In this document: in pieces, positions 11,161 to 23,204 of the stretch
Numbering within the stretch: position 1 is the first letter of the stretch
Layout of the letters: each line of letters begins with the position of its first letter
Origin: Vicugna vicugna
Taxonomy: Eukaryota
Reading direction: 5' to 3'
Length of the DNA: 64,000 nt
Assembly (NCBI GenBank): GCA_013265495.1
Contig: MU058636.1
Location: 9,955,066 to 10,019,065 of the forward strand
Notes under the pieces: model-generated
What the model was told of the DNA's origin: nothing
The model's database searches: none
Seen by the model: only the letters and a program-made list of their open reading frames with translations
Program-made: the position numbers and the translations under genes

Positions 11161-13244
11161 CTTATTTATCCTTACCTAGAGTTTTCTTAGGTGTCTCCTC
11201 TGCTGTCATTTGGACCCGGCCTGGTAAGGGGAGGTGACAGGGAGACGCCGGTTACCCACTCAGACAGCTGCGCCCTGGTGCCTGCGGGGTCACTGGCCGG
11301 CTGTCAGCAGTCCCCCTTTCTGAACTTGTCAGCCTCTGTTTTTCAGGCTCCGGGGTTCCTGGACATGACTTTCACCTGTTGCACATGAGGGGACCGCCTT
11401 ATCCTTCCTGCCTCTGTTTCTCTCCCGGGCCCCAGACCCTGCTCCTCCATCTTGTTCCTCCCACGCTGCTTCCTCCTCTCCGAGCAGCTGAGGCCCAGTC
11501 TCATCCTCGAGACAGCAAAGACCCCAGGGGACGCCAGCTCTGTCTGCCCTTCGTATTTGATCACCCTCCCCTGGCCACATTTAGTTAGCGACCAAGATAC
11601 TGCTACTGGCAAATTCTTTTAAGTGAAAGAATTGAGCACTTTTGGTTTCCCAAGTCCTTCTACCTGTACAATCTCATCAGATCACTGTGACAGTCAAATA
11701 AGGAGCTCAAGCAAGATCCCTCAGTAACCGTCAGTGACACGGAGACCAATCCAGGTTATGGTCCAGTTAATTAAATTGAAATTTTAATTTCAATTAATTT
11801 CAATTTAATTTCAGAGCCAAGACTGGAATCTGGCGCTCTCCCCACTGAGCTGCGTTTTCTGCGCTCTCAGTTCGTCTCTTCAAAGGCATTTTCCACTCTC
11901 CCTACTGGCACACTGCTGACGTTTTATGTAAGGCCTGGATTTGTAACCCACGTTCAGCTACAGCAAGTACTGGCTGAAACTGGACAAAGTGCTAAGAATG
12001 TATCTGACCTTGTCACACAGGTGCACACCAAAGATTTAGTAAAAGATAAGAGGAGGGATGTGTGGGCCACACAGAGACGTCACCTGCAGCCACAGTGATT
12101 GGTTCCTGGGCTCAAAGGAGGCTGAACAGAGTTGATTAACAACACCTGCTTTGGTTGAGAAATCCAAAGATTTTCAACTTGAACCTCTTATTAGTTTACA
12201 TCTACTTCTCATTTCTTAGGATAATCGGGAATAAATTGGGGCATTTGAGAGCTAATGGTATTCCCTATAGGACCCCCCAGCTGCAAGCTCCATTTCCTGA
12301 AGGCTAGAGCTCTGCCTGGAAGGGGAGCACTTATCTGCTAGCCTGGGCCTGCCCAGAGGTTAGGGGCTGAAGGCCCTGAGCTGGGTCACCCTCAGTGTCT
12401 GGTGGGGAGTTTGGGTGGACCACTTACCTAGATTCCCCGATTCCCCAATTCTGAACTCATGTCTCAGCCTCTCCATGCATGTCCTGTGTCCAGATGCTCA
12501 GATTGCAGTGTTGAAACCAGACAGGCACCTGTTGCCTCAGCCTCCATGACTGAGGCCTTGACCTCTGGACATCCAGCTCACCGCCTCTCTGCCTGCGCAT
12601 GCCCCCTGCGGGACCTCTGTGTTCTAACCTCGTCCAGCCTGTGGGGAAACCAGACTCAGGCTATGCGTTCTGGTTTGGCCAGCTAACTTGGTCTCTGATC
12701 GCAGCTCTGCCTTTGAGATGCACATGAACCTCAGTCCCATTTCTCACATCACCCCGGCCCTCTGTGTGTGGTCGCAAGATGACCCACCCCAAGTCCAACC
12801 TGCCTTCTAGTGCAAGGTCTTCCTGCTCATTTCTGATCCAGGGTTCCTGTGACTCGGCACCCAGCCTTTCCAGCTCAGCAGAGGGTTGGGTATGCACTGG
12901 TCGAGCTGCCTGGGGTTCAAATCTAGGTCATGACTGGGGCTTAACAAATGATGGGAAAGAAATGAATACATGCAGAATGGATGGATGAATGGATGGATTG
13001 CACTTGGAGAAAGTGGAGAACAGGCTTAATCAGAATGGCCTCTGCTTTCAAATATGGAGCTAGAGGAAACCCATCACCCCTTCCCCACGAAGATGACCCT
13101 GAATTCCACAGGTGTTTCTATGCCTCCTTACAAGTGGTCGACATCCTCAGTTCTTGTGAGATGACCCTGAACTTCCCTGAGCAAATGACAACCAAGAGGA
13201 TGAAATAAAAGGGAACAGAAGGAAATGAGCAATAGGAAATCCCT

Positions 13245-13410
13245 TTTAATAAGCACTTACTCTGCACCAGGCATTGTGCTAGACACAGAGCACACAGTAG
13301 TGCACTAAACGCCTGCAACAATCTTATATTACAGTAACATTTCCCCAATATATGGGTGATAAACCTGTGGTGAAGCCAGAATGTGGTTCCAAATCTGTGC
13401 TCCTGACCAC
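13245..13410 (-). mobile_element. MIR
   Basis: aataagcacttactctgcaccaggcattgtgcta, the MIR 3' tail in reverse. Confidence 0.6.
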
Positions 13411-14531
13411 CTTGTGAAGCTCCTTTTCCCACAGGCACTGGATTCTCTGCTCTTAGGCTCAGTTCACGCTTTCATTTTGGTCTCAAGGGACAGCTTGGTT
13501 GGGCAACACCTAATGTCACCATATCTGATGTTTTTACCAACAATCCTCTTTCTGGTTAAATTATAGCATCACTAGAATCCCTTAAAAGGTTGAAAAATGA
13601 AGTTGACCAACCACATCAAGTAACTTCAGCTCATGTGCCCTGGGAAGAGGACTGGGTTTGGATCGTGTCCCCTGCCTTGACCATGTGACCTTGAAAACCA
13701 CTGGCCACCTCTGAGTCTGCCATCTACCATTCTGTGCCTCCCCTCGGTGTTGTTCAAAAATCAAAAGAGCTATTGATACAGGAGCACTCTGCAAACTGGA
13801 AGGCATCACCAGAAATAAAAATTATGATTATGTCCAAAGAGCAGCTCAATTCTTTTTTTTTTTTCCTGCTAAATTGACTAACTACCTAAGAGTCCGGAAG
13901 AGAGACAAGATCTTTTATGGCTGGGTTCTTTCCAACAACAGTACTTTCCACAAACGTCCATGAAGGTCCTGACATGAGCCAGGCACTTTTATAGATATTG
14001 GCTCTTTTCTGAGACAAGACATTTATGACCAAGTTACTTCTGCATCTTCTCATCTTTTGGCGGATGTTACACCTGCTGAGGAGTAAACACGGGGAGCTGG
14101 ACCTGGATCGGTCGGTTCATTAGGATTCGGACACCATGGTTTGACACCACAAACGCCCAATTGTCCTCATCTTGCCTTGGCTTTTTGCCACACACGCATC
14201 TGTGTGGCCCACGGGGCGGGGCCAGGTTGCTGTTTCAGGGAGACCATTTGGTCACGTGGATTCCCCACAAGAGACTGAGGATGAATCACAGCAGATCTGT
14301 CCATCGCCCTGTAACAAACAGCTCCAGACGCACGCCCTGCTGAGCGTGAATCAAGCCAAGTGCAGACTTCTAGGCAGTCGCCTTCTCAGCTTTCCACATT
14401 TTTCCACCTAGCTTCTCTTCCTGGGTTTTTTTGCCTTTAGGTTTTCTTTTCTTTTCTTTTTCCCAACTTTACACCTAGTTTTTGATACTTTCCTCTAAGA
14501 ACCTTGGCTAAAGAAGCAGCAGCACATTTTT

Positions 14532-14660
14532 GTTTGTTTATTACAGTGTAGTCAGTTTACAATGCTGTGTCAGTTTCTGGTGTACAGCATAATGTTTCAG
14601 TTGTACATGTACATCATATATTTTTTTCATTTTCTTTTTCATTGTAGGTTCCTACAAGAT
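14532..14660 (-). mobile_element. 5'-truncated L1 3' end (cetartiodactyl type)
   Basis: agtgtagtcagtttacaatgctgtgtcagtttctggtgtacagcata...; exact 11-bp TSD agcacattttt at 14521-14531 and 14661-14671. Confidence 0.85.
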
Positions 14661-14756
14661 AGCACATTTTTTTTTTTTTGGAGAAACGCAGTGAATATAA
14701 ACACCCCTGACCATGGCGTTTCTCAATTTCTTCTCACTAAACATACACCGTAAACT

Positions 14757-15090
14757 GTTTTTAACAGAAATTTTATTGAGCTATAATTCCAATACTTTAC
14801 AATTCATCTCCCTAGAGTATACAATTCGATGGTTTTCAGCGTGTTCACAGGGTCGCACAACCATCAGCATCATCAGTATTAGAACATTTTTATCATCCCT
14901 CAAAGCGAAACTCCAGACCCATAAGAGGTCACTCTTCACTTCCCCCTAAGCCTCTCAGCCCAAGGCAACCAGTGAAATACTTTGTGTAGGTTTGCCTATT
15001 CCGACACTTCATGTAAATCACCCAAGATGTGGCCTTTTGTGATTGGCTTCTTTCATTCAGCATGATGTTGCAAGGTCCACCCATGCTGTG
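14757..15090 (-). mobile_element. Old L1 (L1MB-like) 3' region
   Basis: ttttattgagctataattc...gagtatacaattcgatggttttcagcgtgttcacag...ggtttgcctattccgacacttcatgtaaat...ggcttctttcattcagcatgatg. Confidence 0.8.
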
Positions 15091-15194
15091 GTTCCCAGGA
15101 ATGTTTCTATCTCTTCGGTTTGGAACTCAGACTCATGGTTTCTCATGGAATTTTGTATTGTCTTTGCTCCTCTTGGAATAATAATAATAAATAA

Positions 15195-15360
15195 CAATAA
15201 AAGCACCCTTTAGTAGGTGCCTACATACATATTGTCTCATTCTCATAACAACCTATAAGGGTTATTATGGTCACTATTTCCCAAGGTAAGAAACCAAGAA
15301 AGGTGATGGTGCTTGTGTGTGATGAAGCTGCTATTCTAACTTAGGTTCTGAGTCTAAATC
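15195..15360 (-). mobile_element. MIR
   Basis: tctcattctcataacaacctataagggttattatggtcactatttcccaaggtaagaaac. Confidence 0.6.
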
Positions 15361-15464
15361 TGTTTGTCAACTTTGCCGCACATAGTAGGTCTGTCTTGGA
15401 AGATGAGTCACAGTTGTCACCAGGAGCATCATAAATACCCTGAACATAGAATTTTTTAAAACTT

Positions 15465-15619
15465 TTTTTTTTAATTCTTGGGGGGCAGGTTGAGTTTTCT
15501 TTTTGTTTTGAAGGGGAGGTAATTACCTTTATTTATTTTTAGTGGAGGTACTGGGGATTGAACCCAGGACCTCAAGCGTGCTAGGCATGTGCTCTACCCC
15601 TGAGCTATGCCCTCCCCCC
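15465..15619 (-). mobile_element. Camelid tRNA-derived SINE (Vic-1 type)
   Basis: Reverse strand reads ggggagggcatagctcaggggtagagcac...gaggtcctgggttcaatccccagtacctccac...taattacctcccc plus A-rich tail; Pol III A and B boxes; possible diverged TSD tgaacatagaatttt / tgaacaaaggctttt. Confidence 0.85.
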
Positions 15620-15779
15620 TGAACAAAGGCTTTTGACTCTGATCCCCAGCACTGGCCCATGGCCATGGCTTGGACTTGTACCAGAGGAACAGAGAAGACA
15701 TTCCTTCAATGTGAAACACCCTCGGATGCAGCCTAGGCAGGAAAAGAGGCAGGATGCACCAAGGTCAAGTCTGGGGGAC

Positions 15780-15980
15780 GTGGAGTCCAAAGCAGACCTG
15801 GCTTCAAATCCCAGCTCTTCCACCTTTTAGTTGAGAGTTGTTGTCTTGTTCTTGATTTTCCCACATGTAAAATGAGGAGAAGGTTTCCTATTGTGTGGGG
15901 TTGTTACAGGAATGAAGTTAAAAGATGTAGGTTTAGCATGAGGCGAATGCTAGAGACTATCCACCATGATTGATTATTAT
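15780..15980 (+). mobile_element. MIR
   Basis: cagacctggcttcaaatcccagctcttccac...catgtaaaatgaggagaa...gggttgttacaggaatgaa. Confidence 0.75.
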
Positions 15981-16126
15981 CACTGCATTAGACAAAGATG
16001 TAACAGCATTTCATCAGCCACCCCGGAAGCCCACACCCATAGCCTCTGCACACACACGCATACACACCAGGGCACTCTGGGAGGTGAACTCCTCATTGGC
16101 CTTCTATTATCATATCTGATCATATG

Positions 16127-16149
16127 ATATCATATCATATCATATCATA
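16127..16149. repeat. (ATATC)n pentanucleotide microsatellite, about 4.5 units
   Basis: Read directly. Confidence 0.85.
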
Positions 16150-16929
16150 CCTTGTTATAAGGGGGAAGGGTTTAAATACAAGAAGGAATAAAGAAGAGGC
16201 AAAGTCTACAACACCAGGCGAGGACCTGACCTTGGGATCCCAGAACAAATGACCTCCAGGAGCCCAGAACTTCAGGGAAGACAGGAAGGAGTCAAGGGGG
16301 ACAGAGGCAGCCATGCTGTCATGGTTTTGCCACAGTGAATTGCTGATGGAGAGACAGCCTTTACAAGTTCACTGACTCTTGCAAAAACATGACTATGGTA
16401 GTAGGAAAGTTTGCCAAATTATGCAATTTGGAGCAAAACACTCTTTCCATCCCTACTGTGATGTTCAGCTTTTGGCTAAACCAAAAGCAGTTACTGGCAA
16501 GAAAATCATTATTTTTTTTTTTTTTTGGCAAATGGCAAAAGGCAGGGAAATAGAAAAAGAACCCCTCAGAGGAGTTTTTCCCTAAACTTTTATTAGAGTT
16601 TCTGGATTTGGCAAAATGGCATGAATCAAAACATAATTTATACTGAAACTCATTTCAAAGCTTTAACTTTGTGAAAGTTTTGGATGAAGAATCTATCCCG
16701 CAGATGAATGCTTCTATGCACACAGAGGTGCATAAGAATGTCAGTGCAATATTTTCTAATAATTCTGAGAAATAACTGAAAAGTCCAGAAAGAGACACAT
16801 TAACCTGTTTGTCCTCCTGCCCATGGAGGGGGGCCTGGGTTGAGTCTGGGTGTCAAGAACGTCCACTCTTGACCAGCTGTGCTTCTCCACTTTATATTTT
16901 GATGACACATCTGCATGCTGCCCTGTGGT

Positions 16930-17280
16930 CCCTCCCTCCCGCTGGCAGGACCTGCTCCCTCATCCCTCTCTAGGGACTCAGCTCACCTCTCAGCTGGCCT
17001 GGTCATTTCCTAAATCATGACCACCACCTCCCTCTCCAACACGCTCTACCTCCCTCCCCAGATTTTCTCTCTTCCTTAGCACGTATCATCCACCGCATAG
17101 CATTTATATATTTCATTCATGTGTCTTCTTTATTCGGTCCCCATTCCCTGCCAGAAAAATGGAAACTCTGAGAACAGAGATTTTTGTCTGTTTTGTCCAC
17201 TTCTGTATTCCTCCTGCCTAAAGTACTGTCTGGCACCTTGTAGAGACTCAAAAATCTATCATTTGAATGAGTGGACATTT
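16930..17280 (+). mobile_element. LINE-2 3' region
   Basis: ttccttagcacgtatca...gagaacagagatttttgtctgttttgtccac...gtctggcaccttgtagagactcaaaa...ttgaatgagtg. Confidence 0.8.
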
Positions 17281-17312
17281 GCAAAATACTTTCGTAATAA
17301 ATACTTAAATAC

Positions 17313-17332
17313 GTGTGTGTGTGTGTGTGTGT
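17313..17332. repeat. (GT)10 microsatellite followed by a degenerate GT/AT tract
   Basis: Read directly. Confidence 0.95.
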
Positions 17333-18042
17333 ATGCATATGTGTATATATGCATATGCTTGCGGGTGTGTACATGTAATAGCTGTTGAAATTGTGACAGT
17401 CAAAAGCAGACATAAAGATACTGATGCTTTAAGACCAAAGTTGGCCCTCCTGTTCGGAGCATTCTTCCTGTGACTTCTTTATCCCCATCCTTTCATCTTT
17501 CATTTGGGGTAAATTTTCTTCCACTTTTTTTTCTACATTAGTGGTACTTCACTGGCGCTCCAGTAGATATAAATGCAAAAAGTCAGTTAATACAAGGAAC
17601 AAGGCTACTTCACTATTTCAAGCTAGAGGTGATGGAGGGCATTTACTGTCATATATCAGCTTCAGAACCCCTTATATTTCTGGTTGAGCCAGATGAAGAA
17701 AATTTCCATCTGTACAGCTATTTAAAATTATAACTTTTTAAGTAAACAGGTCATCACATGGGCTCAGAAGATGGTCCAGTTCAGCCAAGATAGTGAGAGA
17801 AGATTCACCCCAAAGTTCTTATAACTTAAACAGACATAACAGCACAAAATGATGAGTGAATGCTGTCTCCTGTGGATAAACTTTTGATAGAAAAGAAATT
17901 TATGCCAGGGTTGTTAATTATAACTTTTTAATGGAAAAAAACACTTCTTAAATAACGTTTGGATGAAATGGTTGCAGTTTATCAAAGCCATGGCAGAGAC
18001 CTGCAGAAAATATGACAAGCTTTGTTCCAAAGGGGCATTTAG

Positions 18043-18112
18043 GTGAAATTGCAAACAGGGACATGTGTCAACAGGTCACCTAAATGACACATGTCCCTGT
18101 TTGCAACTTCAC
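18043..18112. repeat. Near-perfect inverted repeat: 28-bp arms, one mismatch, 14-nt loop
   Basis: gtgaaattgcaaacagggacatgtgtca (18043-18070) pairs with tgacacatgtccctgtttgcaacttcac (18085-18112). Confidence 0.95.
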
Positions 18113-18539
18113 TACCTCTTAGCCAAAGCTGACATCTCAAAGGTGCCCAATGTCATATGTGAATCTTACAATGAAAACAAGGCGGGGCCTAGCCTGGTAT
18201 ACAGTTTCCTGTTCCCTGCACACCTGCCCCCACAACCACAATTTCTTGGAGAATATGATGCTGCCAGGCTAAAAAGTGTTGGTAGCAATTTCTATCCTCA
18301 GGATGGTTGCATGGGTTTGACTTGATGTGAACATTTCAGATGACCATGGCCATCTCTCTGCAGCCCCCTTGAACACTGCAAAAAGCATAGGGAACTTCTG
18401 CCTCTGAATTCAGCTCCTACACTTATGGAAGTCTCCATCCTAGAAGCATACTCCTGGGATCTCTCGAAGCAATCACTTTTTATTAATCCATCCTAACCAA
18501 GATAAAGCTCACGTAATAGGGTTCAACACAGGATGCTCT

Positions 18540-19010
18540 TAGAATAAAATCCAAACACCTTGTTTTGGTCTCCAAGATTGGGCTCCCGTCCCCCATCCTG
18601 TCTCCTGTCTCATCTCATACCTCACTCCCTCTTGGAGCCTCCAGACGTTTTTCCCCACCACTTGGCCTTTGCTCATGCTGTTCCTACCTTTTGGAGTGTG
18701 TCTTCCCCAGCGATTTTTATCATTTATATTCTTTTTTTAAATGACAGCTCCCCTACCCTACCTCATCTGCCCGCGGTCAGATTCTGTCTTACCACGTCAG
18801 TGTTTTTTTTCCCTCTTCCTGGTACATCTCAAACTCTTTAAATATCTTGCCCATTGATTTCCTGACTTGGGTATCATTGGTTTTCCTTCACTAAAACTTC
18901 AGCTTCGTGATGGCAGAAACTTTATCTTGTTCGCCACTAGACTCTCAGTGCCTAGCACATAGTAGGTGTTCAGTCACTATCTCCTGACTGAATGAACGAA
19001 CGAATGAAAA
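18540..19010 (+). mobile_element. LINE-2 3' region
   Basis: tagaataaaatccaaac...cctttgctcatgctgttcct...cagtgcctagcacatagtaggtgttcag...tgaatgaacgaacgaatg. Confidence 0.85.
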
Positions 19011-21083
19011 CTATCCCCAATGCTGACATAATTTAGAGAGCACAAAGCGCTGGGCTGAGAACTAATAATTTAGAGCATAGGGTTTACGCAGTTGTAAATG
19101 AGAGGAAACTTCCAAGAGACGGCGAAGCAATTTCGGGAACCATAAATAATTAGAAGCAGGACTTTTTTTTTTTTTTCAGAGGATACTGAAAGAAGTAGCC
19201 TCTCTGAGCAAACAGTGGATCAATTTAGAAGCGATCTGCAGCAGGAAAGTCTTTCAGCACATGGCCGGTCCCCAGCCATTGAGCTAAAGTTCCAGAAAAG
19301 GTCTCAAAAGTTCAGAGAAAGATTTAAAACTAGGCAGGTCACTGTTCTCAGAGCCTGTCTGTGAGTTTGTGGGGACCAGACAAAAGTCTCTGTGCGGAAA
19401 AGACCAAGCAGAATCCAGGCTTAAACCAGAGCACCCTTGTTTCGGCCCCTCCTGTCTAAGATACGAAGGTCAATGCCTGGTGCTAAGAATCAAGCTGGGT
19501 GGAGCCTGTGGGCATAGGTCGGGGTGAGAGGTCAGCCTCACGTAGGGAGGAGCTGAAAAACAGTCAGGGATCAAAGGAGGGGAGGAGACATTCGTCATCA
19601 CAACGATGTCCAAAAGGGCATCTGAGAGTAGGAGATACTGTCTCCCAAGAGCACGTGGTGAGATGGGTTCCCATCCCACCGGGAAGCATGTTCTGGCCCA
19701 CACACACACACCCCTGTCCACACCTGCGCGTCGGCCGTCTCCTGTTCCTGGGGATGCCTTCTCCCACTTTGTATCCGGCCAACTCTTGCTCACCATTCAG
19801 AAGCCAGCTCACCTGTCAGCTCCACTGCGGGCCCACACAGCTATGCTTCCCACAGGTGCCTGGAAGCGAGTCGCACCCCGTGGCGTCGAGGTCTGCACGT
19901 CAACCCGGCATACCCTGCTCTGCCCCTGAGCCCGGGCCTTCAGTGAGCCCTCACGTGCAGGGGCAGCAGGACCGTCGTGCCCAGGTTCACACTCTGGGCA
20001 AACAGGTTGGCACAGTGAGAAGCCAGAGCCGTCAGCCCCGGGCTGTGCTGACGCCTGAGTCACTGACCTTCATGGTCAGAAGGGACAATACTCACCGCCT
20101 GATGTGGGTCCGGGCCAGGCCCTCAACATGTGACCGTCATTTCCATTCCCGGCTCACACGGCCCGTCAGCTGGTCTGTGGGAGCTGCCAACGTCTGCCGA
20201 GTCTGCTTCTCTCCTTTCCTGCCTCTGGGGTTCATGGCTCACCATTGCCTCAACTCCAGAACAATCCTCTCCAGTCTCGGTTCGGTGGCAGCCAGGAATC
20301 TCTGAATTCTGTGCTTTCACCTCCGAACATTCCAGAGGTTTCTGTGTCCCCGGGAGTTCTCTCCAATCCCAGATTGCCTACCTCTGTCTTGGGCAGGACA
20401 GTCCTGAGGTCCAGTTCTCCCCAGAATCGAAAGAAATGTCCTGTCTGCTTCCCACCTCTGCAGAGCTCACTCCACTCTTCTTTGAGTTTCCCTCCGCCAG
20501 GCCGTCCCAGCCCCTCCTCGGCCCCTTTCCGTCGGAGGTGTGCGGAGCGCAGGGCCACCGATGGGCACCTACCCGGAGGCAGAGCAGTGTGGACAGGTGT
20601 TAGGAACTGACTCCAGTGGAGCCTGTAAACACCTGTGGTTGGAGGGTGGGGTCACCATCCCAGCATCCCATCAAAATGTCCCTCCTGGGCATGTCCATCG
20701 ATTGCATATAGGTTGAATTTGCATATAGTTTCCTCCTGAACAAAACTGGATAGATGTCCAAGTTGACCTTCTCTCTCATCTTTGGAGATGGGCTGAGCCC
20801 AGGTTTTGCAGGCAGGCCCAGTTTGTGGCGGCGTCTAGGAAAGCTGGGCATGCTCTCGGGGAGGCCCATGGCTCGGTGAGCTGACCCAGCCTCTTCCTCT
20901 AACCTGGTACCACACAGGGGACCCTGGGAGCCCAGCACAGTGGTGACCATGTGACCACAGATGGCCTTGGGCTACCCCAGGATGAAACCCTGGGCTGTGC
21001 CCACTCTGAGCAGGTCAGAAGAGAAGCATCGTTGGCAGCACCATTACAAAACAGGCATCTCTCTCTCTGTGTATGTGTTTCAG

Positions 21084-21246
21084 CGTAAGCAAAGCTGCAA
21101 GACTGGGCCTGCGGCTTGCCAGAATGCATTGCTAACTGGGGCAGTGTGGGTGCCTTTGCTTGACTGAAATGCCAGCTGTGGCTGTGGTCAAATTTCACCC
21201 CAGTTTGGAGTCCTGGCTCAAGGAAATCCATCGCAGGCCTACCCGG
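21084..21246 (+). other. Candidate 163-nt exon containing an ATG (unverified)
   Basis: Acceptor ctctctctgtgtatgtgtttcag| and donor CGG|gtaagt; ATG at 21169 reads MPAVAVVKFHPSLESWLKEIHRRPTR to the donor. Confidence 0.3.
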
Positions 21247-21544
21247 GTAAGTCTAGACTGCCCACTTTCCCTGCCACGGCCCTCAGGGCAGAGCACAACT
21301 TAGACGTTTACCACTGCCTGCAGGTGAAGGGGAGACGGGTACAAACGACCTGCCCAGTGGTCCAGAGAGAAGAGCAGAACTTACCCACAAACCCTAGGGA
21401 AAGAGTTTTAGTTACTCATCTTTTGCTGACTGACTTACAGTTATTTGGGGAGAGAGGGAGGAACTCTGGGAGTCTTAGATGCGTTCCCTGCCCACCTCTC
21501 CAACCCTGTCTCGCCTCCCCTCCCCACGCTGAGGACATCCAGCC

Positions 21545-21900
21545 ACACTGGCCTTTATCCTGTACCTCGAACTCCCCAATTCTTCCCTGCCTCTGGGCCT
21601 CGGCACTTGTCAGCTCTTCTTTCTAGAATATTCTTTCCTTACCTTAGCTTCATGGCCACATTTCCAAAAAGACTTTCCTTGGCCACCGTATACAAAGTAA
21701 CGCTCACTTCCCTGGCCCTGTCTCTATCCCATGCCCTCGCTTCACCCCTTTAGTCTGAAGTTAGCTTGCACATTTATGTGTGTGTTTGTTGTCTGTCTTC
21801 TGCCCAGAACATCAGCCCCGTGAAGGTGGAAACCTTGTCGGTTCTCTGTCCCAGTGCCTTGCACACTGAAGGTGCTCAATAAATATTAAATGAGCGAATG
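21545..21900 (+). mobile_element. LINE-2 3' region
   Basis: cctctgggcctcggcacttg...ctagaatattctt...cccagtgccttgcacactgaaggtgctcaataaatattaaatgagcgaatg. Confidence 0.8.
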
Positions 21901-23204
21901 ATTTTATCACAGTCTTTCAAGATTCTTACTGTGGAGAAAAAAAAAATTTCTCTGAATTCCAAGTAGGGCGAGAAGAGGAAATAAAGCTGAAAATGGAAGA
22001 ATTGTTAACTGAGACAACCAGAAATGCGAAAATCTGAATGCTTCGTTATAAACTGTGAGCAAAGGCAGTCTCCACATAGGAACAGGATTATGTCCTCAGG
22101 AAGCAGATGGATTACAAAATGCCAAGGATGGCTACTTCACACCCCCGCAAGACCTGTGCCCACTTCCTTGCCGGAAGGACGGCGTGATTTTTCAGCCCAC
22201 CCCCAGAACCCTTCAACCAAAAATACTTCAAATGAAAGTGCAAAAGAGTCAGAGAGGCCTTGCCGTGGACAGCATCTGGGGCAGAAATAAGAGCATCTGT
22301 TCTCAGCATGAACCCTGTTAGCTTTATCATGTGGCTTTCCATGAAAAAAAAAATGTACAGTTACGATACATGGGAGTAACTGGTGGCAAGGTAGCCAGTG
22401 GCGCCCTGCAGCGGGCTGCGTGCTCCGGGCGGATGCGGCTGCCGGGGAGGTGTGGCCAGGGACCAGGGGACAGGGACACACTGGCAGCTACAGCTCAGGT
22501 ACCTGGAGTCTGCCAGCCAAGCCACCTGGGGACTGGAGGAAAGACAGTGAGGCAAAGGAGGGAGAGGACGGAGGAAGAGGGATGAAGGAGAGAAAAGAGG
22601 AGAGAGAGGAGAGAAGGAGAGATGGGGGGCACGGAGACAGATCAGGTCACCCTGCCCGGCAGATAACAGGACCATGCCCAACGTCCCCGGTGCAAAAGCA
22701 AGCCCGCCAGGGTTCGCACCCACAGCACCACCACCGCCCAGGCGCATAACCCCAGGCAAGCTGCCTAACCATTTTGTGCCTTGGTTCCTCCAGCGACGAG
22801 AGGCGAAAGTCACGGCGCCTGCCGCAGAGGGTCAGCATGTGACGGCGGTCAGCATGGGGCACCTGGCCGGAGCGAGCCCTGAGAAAGCGTCAGGGGCCGC
22901 TAGCGTTCTGTTTCTAAGACTGTATTTACTCCTCAGAGCAGCACCAGCTAATATGTGCAGGTGTCATCCCCAAGGCAGGAAGGGCCCGGCCTCAGGCCCC
23001 TCTGTCTCAAGAACCCGGACTCCTTACCAACAGTTACTCAGAGCCTCCCAAAGTTTAGTCCTTGAGCTCATCGCTGGTCTAGTGAAAACCAGCCAGAAGG
23101 CAGAAGCCATGCAGACTAAAGCTATGTCTTCATTTGTCGCACGGAAGGCCAGGAGCAGACTCCTTCCCTAGGCCTAATTATTACAGATGGCCCCGCCTGC
23201 ACCT

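Noticed and set aside
12597-12615. CTCF site (minus strand cccgcagggggca)
   Set aside because: Partial match only; cannot be supported without PWM scoring or ChIP.
12428-12638. Minus-strand 211-nt exon with a strong gtaagt donor
   Set aside because: Stops in all three frames and no supporting context.
15545-15619. tRNA gene
   Set aside because: The tRNA-like A and B boxes are the head of a SINE followed by SINE body and tail; the same applies at 49890-49965.
19180-19330. Plus-strand exon after the T14-cag acceptor
   Set aside because: The acceptor comes from a simple poly-T run and no good donor follows.
19499-20305. Longest ORF (268 aa) as a protein-coding gene
   Set aside because: GTG start, no recognisable domain, Pro/Ser/Arg/Gly-rich composition typical of GC-rich non-coding DNA, and overlapped by similar ORFs on both strands.
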